This document shows, in pieces, positions 1 through 13,144 of a stretch of DNA of 64,000 bases; positions within the stretch are counted from its first letter, which is position 1; each line of letters starts with the position of its first letter. A model generated the notes under the pieces. The model made no database searches and was not told the DNA's origin. It saw only the letters and a list, made by a program, of their open reading frames with translations. The translations under genes and the position numbers were made by a program. The stretch comes from Octopus bimaculoides (lineage: Eukaryota), in contig NC_068991.1 of assembly GCF_001194135.2 (NCBI RefSeq), forward strand, positions 47,586,724 through 47,650,723, written 5' to 3'.

Positions 1-72
1 TCTAAAGTTAAAAATCAAAGTAAAGATTTACTTTTTCTTGTAATTTAAAGGTTACTCTCTGTGTCTCCCTAT

Positions 73-89
73 ATGTGTGTGTGTGTGTG

Positions 90-132
<43 letters not shown>

Positions 133-210
133 GCACTCACACTCACATGTATACATGCATATATATACACATTCATATACATGTGTTTGTGTGTATATAT
201 ATATGTGTGG
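73..210. repeat. Compound (TG)n/(TA)n/(CA)n microsatellite
   Basis: Direct inspection; similar tracts at 5730-5800, 9780-9880, 47382-47428, 52700-52795, 54840-54935. Confidence 0.95.
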
Positions 211-391
211 GTGTATGTGTTCAAAATGTAGATTAATTTGTAAATTTGCAAAGCTCTTTAAAAAAAGCCTTTCCAAATATATAATGTATAAAAAATTTCT
301 CAAGAAATAGTTTAAAATGAAACTAAAAATTACAGCAGTTAATTCAGTTAAACTGTATTATTAGAAAAAAAAATTTTTTTTTTTCCCCAAG

Positions 392-3300
392 AATTAAATG
401 AAAAATTCAAAAGGTTAGTCTTCCAAGCAATATCTTGACATTCTGCTCTTGGAGTATCTAACTGCCAATACATTGCATTGGACTTTTATTCAAGGAATTT
501 ATCAAAACGTTTTCATAATCAGAAAAGTGTGTTGTAAGAGAAAAAACTCTGATTGTGATTAATTTCACCTTTCTATTTGTGAAATTTTGTAGAATTGGTT
601 AGAGATAAGATATGACTTAGATCAACTCATAGTTTTTTCTTGGATCACTGATACAACCATTGTTATATTTCTGGAAAATTGTTGCATAAGTTGTTGATAT
701 TGTTCTTTTCTCTCTTTTTTTTTTTTTGTGAATAAAATAATGGAGAAAAAAATTAAACTTGTGTTCAGTTATTTCAGCGATCTCTATTATTAAAAAGGCA
801 GTAGGTTGGCAGTTTGTGATTGAAGGTCATGCAGTATCTAGTTACAACTATTTGTAAGAGAAGTAAAATGGCAGTGCATTGTGTTCTTCAATAAAACATG
901 TCTTTTTCACTTTGCTCCAGTTCACTCAGCTATAAATAAGTAACCATATGATGGATTGGTGTCTCATTTAGGGTGAAATGTGATCTCAGTCATTTATATA
1001 TCATGGAAACTAGGCAACTGGCACTGTCCAAAGTCCCAAAACATTGGAAGTCAATTAGGCTCTTCCATTTACCCTTTTACTAGTTTCAGTCATTGGACTG
1101 TGGTCATGCTGGAGCACTTCCTTGAAAAATATAGAATCTACCTCTCATTCAGTTTTTTTTTTTTCTTTGGTTCAAAATTTCAAATTTAGAATGAAAGTTA
1201 GGAATCGTCATTTAAAGAAGTAAATTCTTGGTGAGCCAAAACTATTATTTTGCTTTGGTTTCTTCTTATGGCCATTGCACATCAAATACATTTTATCTAG
1301 GATGCCATATGCTGAACCACTAAGTTTGGGTACGTAAACAAACCAGCACATTACCAAGGGGTGGTGGGGGACAAATAAAAGGACACATACACAATGGGTC
1401 TCTTTCTGTTACCAAATCCACTCACATGGCCTTGGGTGACCAAGGCCTATAGTAGAAGATACTTGCCCAGGGTGCCATGTAGTGGACTGAACCTGAAACC
1501 ATGAGGTTGGGAAGCAAACTTCTTACTACACTTGATGGTTTTAACATAGAGGGTTTGCACTATATAATCTTTTAATCTTAAATATAAAAGGCTAGTGCTT
1601 CTACAAGTAATATTTTGTAAGTACTGTTTGTACACATTTGTCAATTGAAATTTTCATATGATTTTAATAAGGGCATTGCTTTCAGCATGGGCCTGGTTCT
1701 ATGGTTAAGAAGCTTGCTCCCCAGCCATATGGTTTTGGGTTTGATAAATGTTTTTGAGGCATTGTTTTACTGCTGGATGCCATTACAGTTGCTAGTTCTT
1801 ACCTGATTTTCAAGTAAGGAGTCTATTATTCTTTGTGGCTTCCAAGTTGCAAAGTGAGTGGATGATTTGACAGAAATGATTGCTGCACTGCCAGTATATT
1901 GCAACTTTTGTACAAGTGAGTGCAGATGTAAACAAGCACATAAATATAAGCATGTGTAGTGACTTCACTGGTGCCACAAAAAGCACCCAGTACACTCTGT
2001 AAAGGTGTTGGAGTAAGGAAAGGTAGCCAGCTGCAAAAAACAAGCCACAGCAAACTTTGGAGTTTGGTACAGTCTTCTGGCTTGTTTCCTGTAAAACACC
2101 CAACTCATACTAGCATTGAAATTAAATGATATACAAGGTATTTGGGCTAGATTTGACAATTTTTTTATGTCTCCTTTTTTCAAGAACAGCTTGACATATT
2201 GGCGAATGGTTAATGGCATTGGAGAGCATAAATATTAAAGTGGTAGTTAAGAAAAAGTTACCTGACATGGAGTACTGGAAGTCATCTAAATAATGAAATA
2301 GAGTTACCAACATCACAATGATTTGCACTGGTTATTAAAATGCCAACATCATGAATACTGCTCAATGTTCAGTGAACACTGTGAAGACTAAGGCATAACA
2401 TGGATAGCTGCAAGGGAAACTTCAAAGCTACAGCTAGCAGGAAGGGACACAACAGTCGCTCTGATTGTGTCTGCACACCAGAACTCATCCAGCAACTTCA
2501 GGACAAGGTGATAGAAGATCTGAGCAAGGGAATCTGGGCTTTAGTGAAAGATGGATGTTGAAGTCACCACCATGAAACTGGCTTTCTACCGTTTGTACAA
2601 GAGGCGAATTCTGATGGCCAAGGAGAACTGCCTGATGAAGGCAATGATGCTTCTGAACAATCTTGTTTAGTTAGAGATGGTCTGGTTCACAGATGAAAAG
2701 AACGTTTGCCAGGATCAGTTGCACAACACCCAGAAAAACAAGTGGCTTTCCTACAATCCATGTGATATCACACATATCATGAAACCAAGTTCCCCCAAAC
2801 TGCAATGGCTTTTGGGTTTATCTCCAGTGAGGGTGATGTCAGGCCACTCCACATCTTTGAACAGGGCTTTAGGCTCAATTCAGACAGCTATGTGAAGCAG
2901 CTGGAGACTGTAGTCAATCCTTGACTCGAGATGGTTGCTGCTGAAAGCTTTATGAGTGGCAGCAGGATTTATCTCCTTGCCATACCTCCAGAAAGAGTCA
3001 GAAATGGTTGTCAGAGAATTTCCTTGACCTCAGAAGTAATGTTTATCACCACATCAATATGGCTGTCCTGTAGGAATTGACATTACTACTATTTTTAACC
3101 CCAAGAGGAGCCTCCTCCAGCTGGTTATTGATGCAATCTGCACCTGGTGCAAGCAGGTGAGCAAACCCCTACCATCTTCAAGCAGATCTTATTTTTATAT
3201 ACATTGTGAGCTGGAGCGGATTACTGCTGCCTCTAGCGGATGGGTGTCCATCACTGAAGATAAGCACAAATAGCTCAAAACTGTATGGTCTGGTGGTCTT

Positions 3301-4043
3301 GTCATCTGCTAGGAGTTAGTAGGGATTTGCTCCCTTGCTTGCAATATATATTGGGTGCAGATTGCATCGATAACCAGCTGAGGTTAAAAACAGTAGTAAT
3401 GTCAGTTGCCATGAAACAGACATATTGAAGTGGCAATAAACATTACTCCTCAATATAATTACTACTTTTGTCTCTTATAGATATTTTCTAACTAGCTACT
3501 TTGCTTGTTCTTTGACTTCACTAACTCTAATTTCTAGTCTCCTAATTCCCCCAATTGTAATCCCATGGATTAGTATATGTGGAGTGCAGTCAAAAAAGAC
3601 AGCAACATCAGGGTCAAGATGAAGATATTCAAGGATATTTCTAGGAACGCAATAAGGAATACAGGTGCCAGGTTCTGGAGCCGTCTTGAGGCCATGGTGG
3701 AGGAAGTTGAGGGCAGCTACTTTGTTCCATTGTAGCTATCATATAAGAGTTTTGTATATAAACATGCTTTTTTCAACCCATCTTGACTTCAGTATACACA
3801 AACACAAGAAATTATTGCAGACTGCATTACTTCATCCTCTGTAGTTGCTCTGAATACTCTTTTATAACAAGACCAAAACAAACTTATAACATTCTGTGAC
3901 CAACACAGCAGAATAGCCATGTTAGATTATATTTTCACATAACAATGCTGGAAGCACTAAGTTCAAAGTGCATCTGACTATGCAATGGCTACTTGTACAT
4001 TTTTTTCTTTAATGTTAGAGGGGGTCAACAGAAAGACAGCTGA
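392..4043 (+). CDS. Possible last two exons of an upstream plus-strand gene (392-413 xLNEKFK; 4019-4043 RGGQQKDS*)
   Basis: 22 nt exon with poly-T/aag acceptor and gttagt donor; phase-2 join to an acceptor at 4018. No homology recognised. Confidence 0.25.
2250..3710 (+). mobile_element. Decayed IS630-Tc1-mariner transposase, split by a MITE
   Basis: Frameshifted fragments WFTDEKN..QDQLHN, KSQKWLSENF and SPNCNPMD..WSAV (3545-3600) are typical DDD/E catalytic segments. Confidence 0.65.
3074..3408. mobile_element. MITE-like foldback with about 110 bp imperfect inverted arms
   Basis: 3074-3186 (ttgacattactactatttttaacc...cagctggttattgatgcaatctgcacc) is the reverse complement of 3302-3408. Confidence 0.75.
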
Positions 4044-5725
4044 AAATATCTTGCTGGTTTCTGCTATAGAACAATCTAACAAGATGTCGCTTTGTTGGTG
4101 GAATATCTAAAGAATCAGTTTCCAAACTGAATATATAACATTCATAGAATTGTTGCAAAATGCCTAAGTTATAGGCATAGTGATTCTGAAGTAATTCTAA
4201 CAACTTTGGAAGAATTTAGTTAAATCATGCAACACCATGAGAGTGCAAGAATGCAGGTGATTTTGGAAAGGTACTCATAAGATCATTGGTGGGAAAAACA
4301 AAACATGTCTCACTTGTGGTAGCATACCGAAGATTTAATTTGAAAATGATTAAATGCTCAAAAATCTACCAGGAGATTGAAACTGATTAGTGATCTATCC
4401 ATAATGTACTTCAAGGGTGGATTTTAAGAGAGTGAAACTGTTTGTAGAAAAAAACTGCTAGAGCAGACAACTTTCAATCAAATTTCCTACAGGTATTTTA
4501 ACTGCACCAAATTTCTCTATCAAATTGTGAGTTCTAACCAATTACCAATTTCAAGTTCCGTTAATCTTTAGAAATTGTCTATTAGATTGTCACAGTAGTA
4601 ATGCAAAAGAAAGGAAATGGTATCAGGGTTGTCATTTTACGTATGTTTCCCATGCAGGTATGGATTAAACAGGTTGCTATGGTCTGAGTCACTTCTTATT
4701 TAGAGCTTATTGGTTTCCCAGATGAGTTGGGGACCACGTCTCAATAATATTTTCCTTTATTGGCATGGTTTCTATAGCTGGATGTTCTTCTTAATACAAA
4801 CTAATTTACAGAGTATATTGAATGCTTTTTATCATGGTACTAATACTAGAAAGGTTATCTTCTCTGTGTTGTCTCTATTCATTCAATGCAATGTGACAGA
4901 GAAGATGAACAAATGAAAATAAGAGCAAAGATGATGGTAAAAGAGATTATGAAGGAAGAGTTGATGATAGAGAAGTGGAGGTAATGGAAGAGCCTCAGAG
5001 ATAGACAGCTGCACGTTGGTTGTTGATATGGAGAATAAATAGAAAAACAGCATGAATTGGATGGTGAAGAGAATGATAGAAGGGTGACAGGTTGTTGGAA
5101 GTGTGAGAGAAACAGGAGGGAGTAATATGGGAGAGAGAGAGAGAGTGATGGATAGCAGTAAAGATGGATGATGGTAACAGAGAGAGAGAGAGAGAGAGAG
5201 TATTGATGTCAATAATGAATGATAAGCAGGGAGAGTGAGAGAGAGAAGGCTAGCAATAAAGAAGGATAATAGACATCAAAGGATGATGATGATGCTAGCA
5301 GGGATTCATTGTTGTCATCATACATTTTATCATACTTTCTAGTGTTGACGGAATTTGTTACGTAGATATTCTACAGCCAGATGACACACCTGTTGCCCAC
5401 ATTCATGTTTCCAAGTAAGGTAATCCTCACTTTAGCTGGACATGTTTTCACAGAAGGCTAGAAAAGAACAAACATTGTTTGTACTGCAGTGATTCTCACT
5501 TACAATTATAATATAGCCATACACACATACATGTGACAGGTTTCTTACAGTTTCTATCTATCAAATCCATTAACAAGGAAGATACTTGCTCAAGGTGCCA
5601 TGCAGTGGAACTGAACTAAAAACTATGCCATTATCAAGCAAAATTCTCAACCACACAGCTATGCCTGTACCAATACTGTATTTCAGAAATCATACAGAAT
5701 TACCATTTACTAGCACCAATGCAAA

Positions 5726-5796
<71 letters not shown>

Positions 5797-5798
<2 letters not shown>

Positions 5799-6033
5799 GT
5801 GGCACATAAAAGACACCATTTCGAGCGTGGCCGTTTTCGTGCGGGTGACACGTAAAAGCACCCACTACACTCTCTGAGTGGTTGGCGTTAGGAAGGGCTT
5901 CCAGCTGTAGAAACTCTTCCAAATTGGATTGGAGCCTGGTGTTGCCATCCGGTTTCACCAGTCCTCAGTCAAATCGTCCAACCCATGCTAGCATGGAAAG
6001 CGGACGTTAAACGACGATGATGATGATGATGAT
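5797..6033 (+). mobile_element. SINE/short repeat family B ending ...GGAAAGCGGACGTTAAAC(GAT)n
   Basis: Copies at 7735-8095(-), 9388-9775(-), 17868-18078(+), 19607-19975(+), 23385-23655(-), 57488-57768(-), 59350-59590(+), 61215-61500(+). Confidence 0.9.
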
Positions 6034-6266
6034 ATATAGCGATGGTATTATTAAAATATCATCACGAGTGGTAAGTGAATTATCAGCCATACAAGCAAAT
6101 TAATAAAATATATACATACAATATTAGATATGTACATATATATATATATAAGGATACTACATGAGAACCTATATCGCTAAAAAATAGAAGTCAAAAAGTA
6201 CTTCTATACCACCGAATAGTCACAAATCTATTTCAGACATGATAGGAAAATATATATATATATATA

Positions 6267-7108
6267 NNNNNNNNNNNNNNNNNNNNNNNNNNNNNNNNNN
6301 NNNNNNNNNNNNNNNNNNNNNNNNNNNNNNNNNNNNNNNNNNNNNNNNNNNNNNNNNNNNNNNNNNNNNNNNNNNNNNNNNNNNNNNNNNNNNNNNNNNN
6401 NNNNNNNNNNNNNNNNNNNNNNNNNNNNNNNNNNNNNNNNNNNNNNNNNNNNNNNNNNNNNNNNNNNNNNNNNNNNNNNNNNNNNNNNNNNNNNNNNNNN
6501 NNNNNNNNNNNNNNNNNNNNNNNNNNNNNNNNNNNNNNNNNNNNNNNNNNNNNNNNNNNNNNNNNNNNNNNNNNNNNNNNNNNNNNNNNNNNNNNNNNNN
6601 NNNNNNNNNNNNNNNNNNNNNNNNNNNNNNNNNNNNNNNNNNNNNNNNNNNNNNNNNNNNNNNNNNNNNNNNNNNNNNNNNNNNNNNNNNNNNNNNNNNN
6701 NNNNNNNNNNNNNNNNNNNNNNNNNNNNNNNNNNNNNNNNNNNNNNNNNNNNNNNNNNNNNNNNNNNNNNNNNNNNNNNNNNNNNNNNNNNNNNNNNNNN
6801 NNNNNNNNNNNNNNNNNNNNNNNNNNNNNNNNNNNNNNNNNNNNNNNNNNNNNNNNNNNNNNNNNNNNNNNNNNNNNNNNNNNNNNNNNNNNNNNNNNNN
6901 NNNNNNNNNNNNNNNNNNNNNNNNNNNNNNNNNNNNNNNNNNNNNNNNNNNNNNNNNNNNNNNNNNNNNNNNNNNNNNNNNNNNNNNNNNNNNNNNNNNN
7001 NNNNNNNNNNNNNNNNNNNNNNNNNNNNNNNNNNNNNNNNNNNNNNNNNNNNNNNNNNNNNNNNNNNNNNNNNNNNNNNNNNNNNNNNNNNNNNNNNNNN
7101 NNNNNNNN
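6267..7108. other. Assembly gap (N run)
   Basis: 842 N flanked by (TA)n. Confidence 1.
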
Positions 7109-7159
<51 letters not shown>

Positions 7160-7492
7160 GAAATAAAGAACTAATGTTAATTGATATGTTCTACAGTCAC
7201 AATGAAGAGTATGTCAGTGTGACACTAGATTTGAACTTATAGCTTTACGTTTGTCCCTTTCCCATCGTGTTTTTAGTGGAATTGTTGTGGAACAGAAATG
7301 GCTGCTATAAGCCTCAAAATTAAAAATGTTGTTTTTTTGCGTGATATAAAATTATTTGGTTTAGGAAAAAGTTTGTGTTGTGTTAAAATAATGATTTTTT
7401 TATATATTTTTTTTAGTGTATGTGTTCATTAAGTTCATTATTTTAACACAGTGCACAAACTTTTTCCTCAACCTAGTATATTCAAGATTCTT

Positions 7493-7614
7493 TCACCAAA
7501 AATTCATTCTTTTGCGGGTTCTTTCGAGAACGTCTGATATCAAGCTACCACTGGTATCCAAGGACTCAGAAATAGCATGTTCATCTAAAGAGCTTTTTCG
7601 ATGAATTGAGTTAT
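7493..7614 (-). CDS. MDM1: MDM1-like terminal coding exon (YNSIHRKSSLDEHAISESLDTSGSLISDVLERTRKRMNFW*)
   Basis: attttctttcag acceptor in phase 1; TGA at 7495-7493; resembles the MDM1 C-terminus. Confidence 0.85.
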
Positions 7615-9775
7615 CTGAAAGAAAATAAATTGTAACTGTTATGCAGACAAAAATTAAATATTTCAGATTAGTTTACAAAAGATACATATTGCTTTTATTT
7701 TTATTATTAAAATTTTTTTTTCCTTTCCTCCTCCTCATCATCATCGTCGTTTAACGTCCGCTTTCCATGCTAGCATGGGTTGGACGATTTGACTGAGGAT
7801 TGGTGGACCAGGAGGTGACACCAGGCTCCAATCTGATTTGGCAGAGTTTCTACAGCTGGATGCCCTTCCTAATGCCAACCACTCCAAGAGTGTAGTGGGT
7901 GCTTTTATGCACAAGGGCCAGTCAGACAGTACTGGCGACGGCCACGCTCAAAATGGTGTATTTTACGTGCCACCTGCACAGGAGCCAGTCCAGTGGCACT
8001 GGCAACAATCTCGCTCAAATGTCTTACTGGCAACGGCCACGCTCGAAATAGTGTATTTTACGTGTCACCTGCACAGGAGCCAGTCCATCGGCACCATCAA
8101 TATTAATAGTAACCCTTGGTTCTTCTCTCTCTCCAAATGTTGCCATTTCAATCTTGCTTCCTCCCACTGCTGCCACCATCATCATCAGCTAACTGTCTAT
8201 GCAATGGTACTGAATTCGTAATCATGGACAAACTTCTTAACCACAAAGGCTTGTGCCTATAATTCACTCACACACACACATGCACAAATATCTGCTAGTA
8301 TGTGTGTGTGTGTGTCTATATTCATGTTTATTAATGAGTTGTATGTGAAAGTAAAAAAAAACATAAAATGGTAACTTAGGCTTTCAACAAACAGAAAATG
8401 ATAAAATAAGTGAGAGATTGGGGTGGTGGTGAAGATAATTTGACTAAAGCCCATCTTTCCATCCAACCAAAATCAATAAAAACTCTTGATTTTTCCTAAT
8501 TCTTAATTAAACTAGGATTTCAGTCTGTCACAGGATTAACCATTAGCTGGTACTGATTTTTAGCTGAGTTGACTGGAGTAATATGAAACAAAGTATCATG
8601 CTCAAGGAAATAACGTGTGACCCAACTGATATTTGAACCCATCATTTTGAGTCAAACAATCTAACTACTAGGCTACATATCCTTCACACACACACACACA
8701 AACAAACAAAACAAATGGATAGAAACAGGGTAGTATGTAAACAAATGCAACAAATATTAAAGTTGTGCTACATTCATTCTTCGTCTTTTTCCTTATCTTA
8801 TATGTTACTCAACAAAATTCTTACACACTTGTTTCATCAATGAAAGACATCTCAAGTTCCTACACCAGTGGATTTGTAAATTATCTAAATTCCAGTACTG
8901 AAGTGTAGATAGCCAGGAGTTCATGTCAAGTGCTGCATTGTGAATATAACATATTTTTACCCAATCCAAACCTACACTATATCTATATGCATACACTCAC
9001 ATGTGTGTATGGGTGTGTGTGCATGTATCATCATTCAACATTCCTTTTTCCATACTGGCATGAGCTGGACAGTTCAACACAAACAGATGAGCCAGAGGGC
9101 TTGGTTTCTACAGCTGGATGCCCTTCTTAATACCAACCAATTCAGAGAGTGAACTAGGTGTACGGCGATAAGAAATACAGAAAACATGTTTATAAATGCA
9201 TTTATTGCTTTATAATGTGGCTGCTCAAACTCTGCCTGCCAGTGATAACATGGCAGTTTTTAAATTGCTTGAAATATCTGAGTAGAGAGTAGAACTCTTT
9301 ACCAACCCCCCAAAATTTGGTAATGTGTTATGCCAATGCACCTATACTTATAAATTGTATATACATATGCATGTATGTGTGTATATATCATCATCATCGT
9401 TTAACGTCTGCTTTCCATGCTGGCATGGGTTGGATGGTTTGACTGGGGACTGGTGAGCCAGATGGCTGCACCAGGCTCCAATCTGATCTGGCAGAGTTTC
9501 TACAGCTGGGTGTGCTTCCTAACGCCAACCACTCCGAGAGTGTAGTGGGTGTTTTTACGTGTCACCTGCACAGGAGCCAGTCGAGCGGCACTGGCAACAC
9601 CCTCGCTCGAATGTTGTTTTCCATGTACCACCAGCACAAGTGCCAGTAAGGCAACGCTGGTAACGATCACACTCGAATGGTGCTTTTTACGAGCCACCAG
9701 CACGGGGGCCAGTCAGCAGCCCTGGCAAAGATCATGCTCGGATGGTGCTCTTAGTGCTCCACTAGCACAGATGCG

Positions 9776-9867
<92 letters not shown>

Positions 9868-10390
9868 TTGTATGTATGTATATTATATTAACCTCCTAAT
9901 TTAGGGGGAAAAAATTCACTGACCATTTAGGTTCCTGCTAAAATACTTATCTCAAACACATTTTCACAGTATGAAGTGATGTTAAGACAGATGGCGTACT
10001 TACACTTTGAGTGAGGGTGTACATTGTAAGTGTCACTCAAATGTTCATAGTGTGGCTTGAGGGCACTAATTATGTTTGATCTGGCGAAATTCTTGAAAGG
10101 TAAATTTTCTTGAGATTTCAAAGGCTTTGTCCTTTTACTGGAACTATTTTTGTTAGCTAGAAACAGATTGAAAGATTAAAGCATGATGATGATGATGACA
10201 ACAATAACAACAACAATAATATTTTTTCCAAATTTGGGTATCATTTCCCCATGAACAAACATATTTTTGAGGAAGATGGGAAATTAGGAATTCCACTTGT
10301 GTGATGGTGATGTTTGTTTATAATTATCCTGTAATGCCAAAACAAGGAGACTCAAGATATACATATATAAATGTGTGTGTGTGTGCATGC

Positions 10391-10441
<51 letters not shown>

Positions 10442-12701
10442 TTGTTCCTTCTCGAGCCATGCCTGGTTCATAAGGGCTGGTTTTCTGGTTTCATTGACAT
10501 ATAGGTTCCCCACCTGGATGGGACGCTGGTCCGTCGCAGGTGAGCTGCTAGATGCAGGAGAAAGTTGTGGTGAAAAAGTCAGCAGAAGTTTGCCATTAAC
10601 TTCTGCTGGAGCCACATGGAGCTTAGGTATTTCACTCATAAACACACATATTGCCTGGTCTGAGATCTGAACCTGCAATCTCTCGACTGCCAGTTCGCTG
10701 CTATAACCACCAGGCCATGTGCCTCCATGGGAATAGTATAACTGAAAGCTCACACATAAAGCTATGTAATGGGACTGAACATGAATGCCTGTGGTTGGGA
10801 AGCAAACTCCTTAACCACACAGCCATGCTTGCAAACACCATTAACCCTTTAGCATTTAAACTGACCACATCCAGCCCAAATATTCTTCCTGTTTTATGTT
10901 CAAACCAACCATATCCAGCCTCTCAAACCTACCCTACAATGTCATTCTAAAAATAAACAATCACATTTTCAAAATCTTGAAGCTACAAGACACTACATAA
11001 TTAATTTTGAAAACTGTGGATAAATAAGCATTACATTGGATAAATGAATCTGAATGCTAAAGGGTTAAGGAATAAATAGATTTACAAAAACATAAGACAG
11101 TGATCACTTTTCACCTTTGAAGACGTGTGAAATAAAAGATCTCTTATTAGAAAAACAGGTAAGGGTTTGTAACATGAAGGGCATCCGGCAGTAAAAGATT
11201 GTCTTAATAAGGCCTAACCCATGATAAAACTGATAAAAATGAATAAATTACTTACATTTAACTTCTTTGGTGGAAGCAATTGGATTATACATGGATAGGA
11301 AAGAGTGATAAGATTTCTTTGAGGGTGCAGAATTTGGCAATGCTTTTTGCTGCTGTTGCATAATCACAGGTTTATTTTTGCTTGATTTACCAAACAATGG
11401 AGCTCTAGTAAACATACTGTCACATGACTACAATGAAATTATAAAAAATGAGATATTCTTGTTAACGAAACAAACTACGAACTATGTAGATTTATCTGGT
11501 TAATATTTTGATTTTATCATCTGTTCAAACCTTACTACAGTTATTGTGCTGTGAGTCTCAGCCTGCACCATAGACAATAAAATCATAACCTGCAAGTTAA
11601 ACAAAGAAGCCTCTATGTTGTCTCTCAAACTGCTAGAAATAGTAGTCAAATGCCCTGCAAATTACTCCAGGAAAACATCGATTGTGTTCACCACATAGAT
11701 ATGAATGAGAGGCAACTGATTATAAATCAAATAGCCAATGCTATTAGCATATCCTGTGAGAAAGTTGAGAACAGTCTGCACAATGAACTTGGCATGACAA
11801 AGGTTTATTTCTACTCAGTGGGTGCCTTGTCTTCTGAAACTTGATCAAAGCATACCAGGTTGATCATATCACAAGAAAATCTGACATTGTTTGAGGCAGA
11901 TCCTGCTGGTTTCCTTGATCATTTCCTAACCCAGGATGAGTGTTGACTTCATTACTCTGAGCCAGAGACAAAGAGACAATCCACGCAGTGGAAACATCCC
12001 TCCTCACCTGCTCCAAAGAAGGTGAGGGTCATTTCATCTGCAGGGAAGGTGATAGTGTCAGTTTATGGGGATGCAAAAGGCATTGTAATTATTGACTGTC
12101 TTCAAAAGGGCCACACCATCAATGGAGAGTACTATACTAACTTCCTGAGGCAGTTATGAAAGGTTATGAAGACCAAACGCCCAGGGACTGACAAAACAGT
12201 CTTGTTTCATCAGGACAATGCTCCAGCACACAAGTCCTTGGTTTCAATGGCTGCTGTGCATGACTGCAGCTTTGAAATAGTTGCTCACCCTCCCTATTCT
12301 CCTGATTTTGCCCAGTCTGATTATTATCTGTTCCTTAACATGAAAAGACAATTGGTTTATTCTATCAGTCTCTCTTGACAAACTGCTAAGTTATGGAGAT
12401 GTAACCACACCAACACAAGTTGTCAAGCAGTTGTGTGGAACAAACACAGACACAAAGATACACATACACATATATATGACAGAGTTCAGCAATCATTCGA
12501 TACAAGTTCTCTAAATGCCAAATCAGTAATCAGCTGATTGCCAAGCAGCGATAATTGCCAAACCAGTAGTCAGTTGATTGCCAACCAGTAGTCAGCTTTG
12601 CCTGCTGATTATCAACATGGTCAACATGTCTTTGTTTACATCAATTCCGCAAGAAAGAGGGAAAGGGCGTTAGTCAGCAGGTAGCAGACAGCAATCACTC
12701 G

Positions 12702-12734
<33 letters not shown>

Positions 12735-13107
12735 ACACTTTCATTTTCTACAAACCTTTAAAAAATAAACATAAAGACTTTAAATAAACATACTCTTTAC
12801 TCTTTTACTTGTTTCATTCATTTGACTGCGGCCATGCTGGAGCACCGCCTTTAGTCGAGCAAATCGACCCCAGGACTTATTCTTTGTAAGCCTAGTACTT
12901 ATTCTATCGGTCTTTTTTGCCGAACCGCTAAGTTACGGGGACGTAAACACACCACCATCTGTTGTCAAGCGATGTTGGGGGGGAAAACACAGACACACAA
13001 ACATATACACACACATACATATATACGACGGACTTCTTTCAGTTTCCCAGCATACACCTCTCTCTAGAGAGAGAGAGAAAGCGAGTGATAAGTGACATGT
13101 GTTTTTA

Positions 13108-13144
<37 letters not shown>

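Noticed and set aside
52-310. ORFs rich in YIYI/HTHT/CVCV (here and at 5586, 9549, 10352, 47258, 52581, 54609)
   Set aside because: Translations of dinucleotide microsatellites.
4883-5290. 109 aa hydrophobic ORF
   Set aside because: Reverse translation of a purine-rich low-complexity tract.
5710-5958. Recurrent 'MKPDG..RLQS.LAEFLQLDALPNANHSESVVGAF' ORFs (also 7838, 17476, 19526, 23451, 57591)
   Set aside because: Same family B repeat read in one frame; start, length and frame are not conserved between copies.
6239-7174. Long ORFs at 6239, 17476-18006 and 35996-37126
   Set aside because: Made of X residues across assembly gaps.
8823-8970. Extra MDM1 exon in ORF 8805-8996
   Set aside because: Weak acceptor, no MDM1-like content, and exons 18 and 19 already join in phase.
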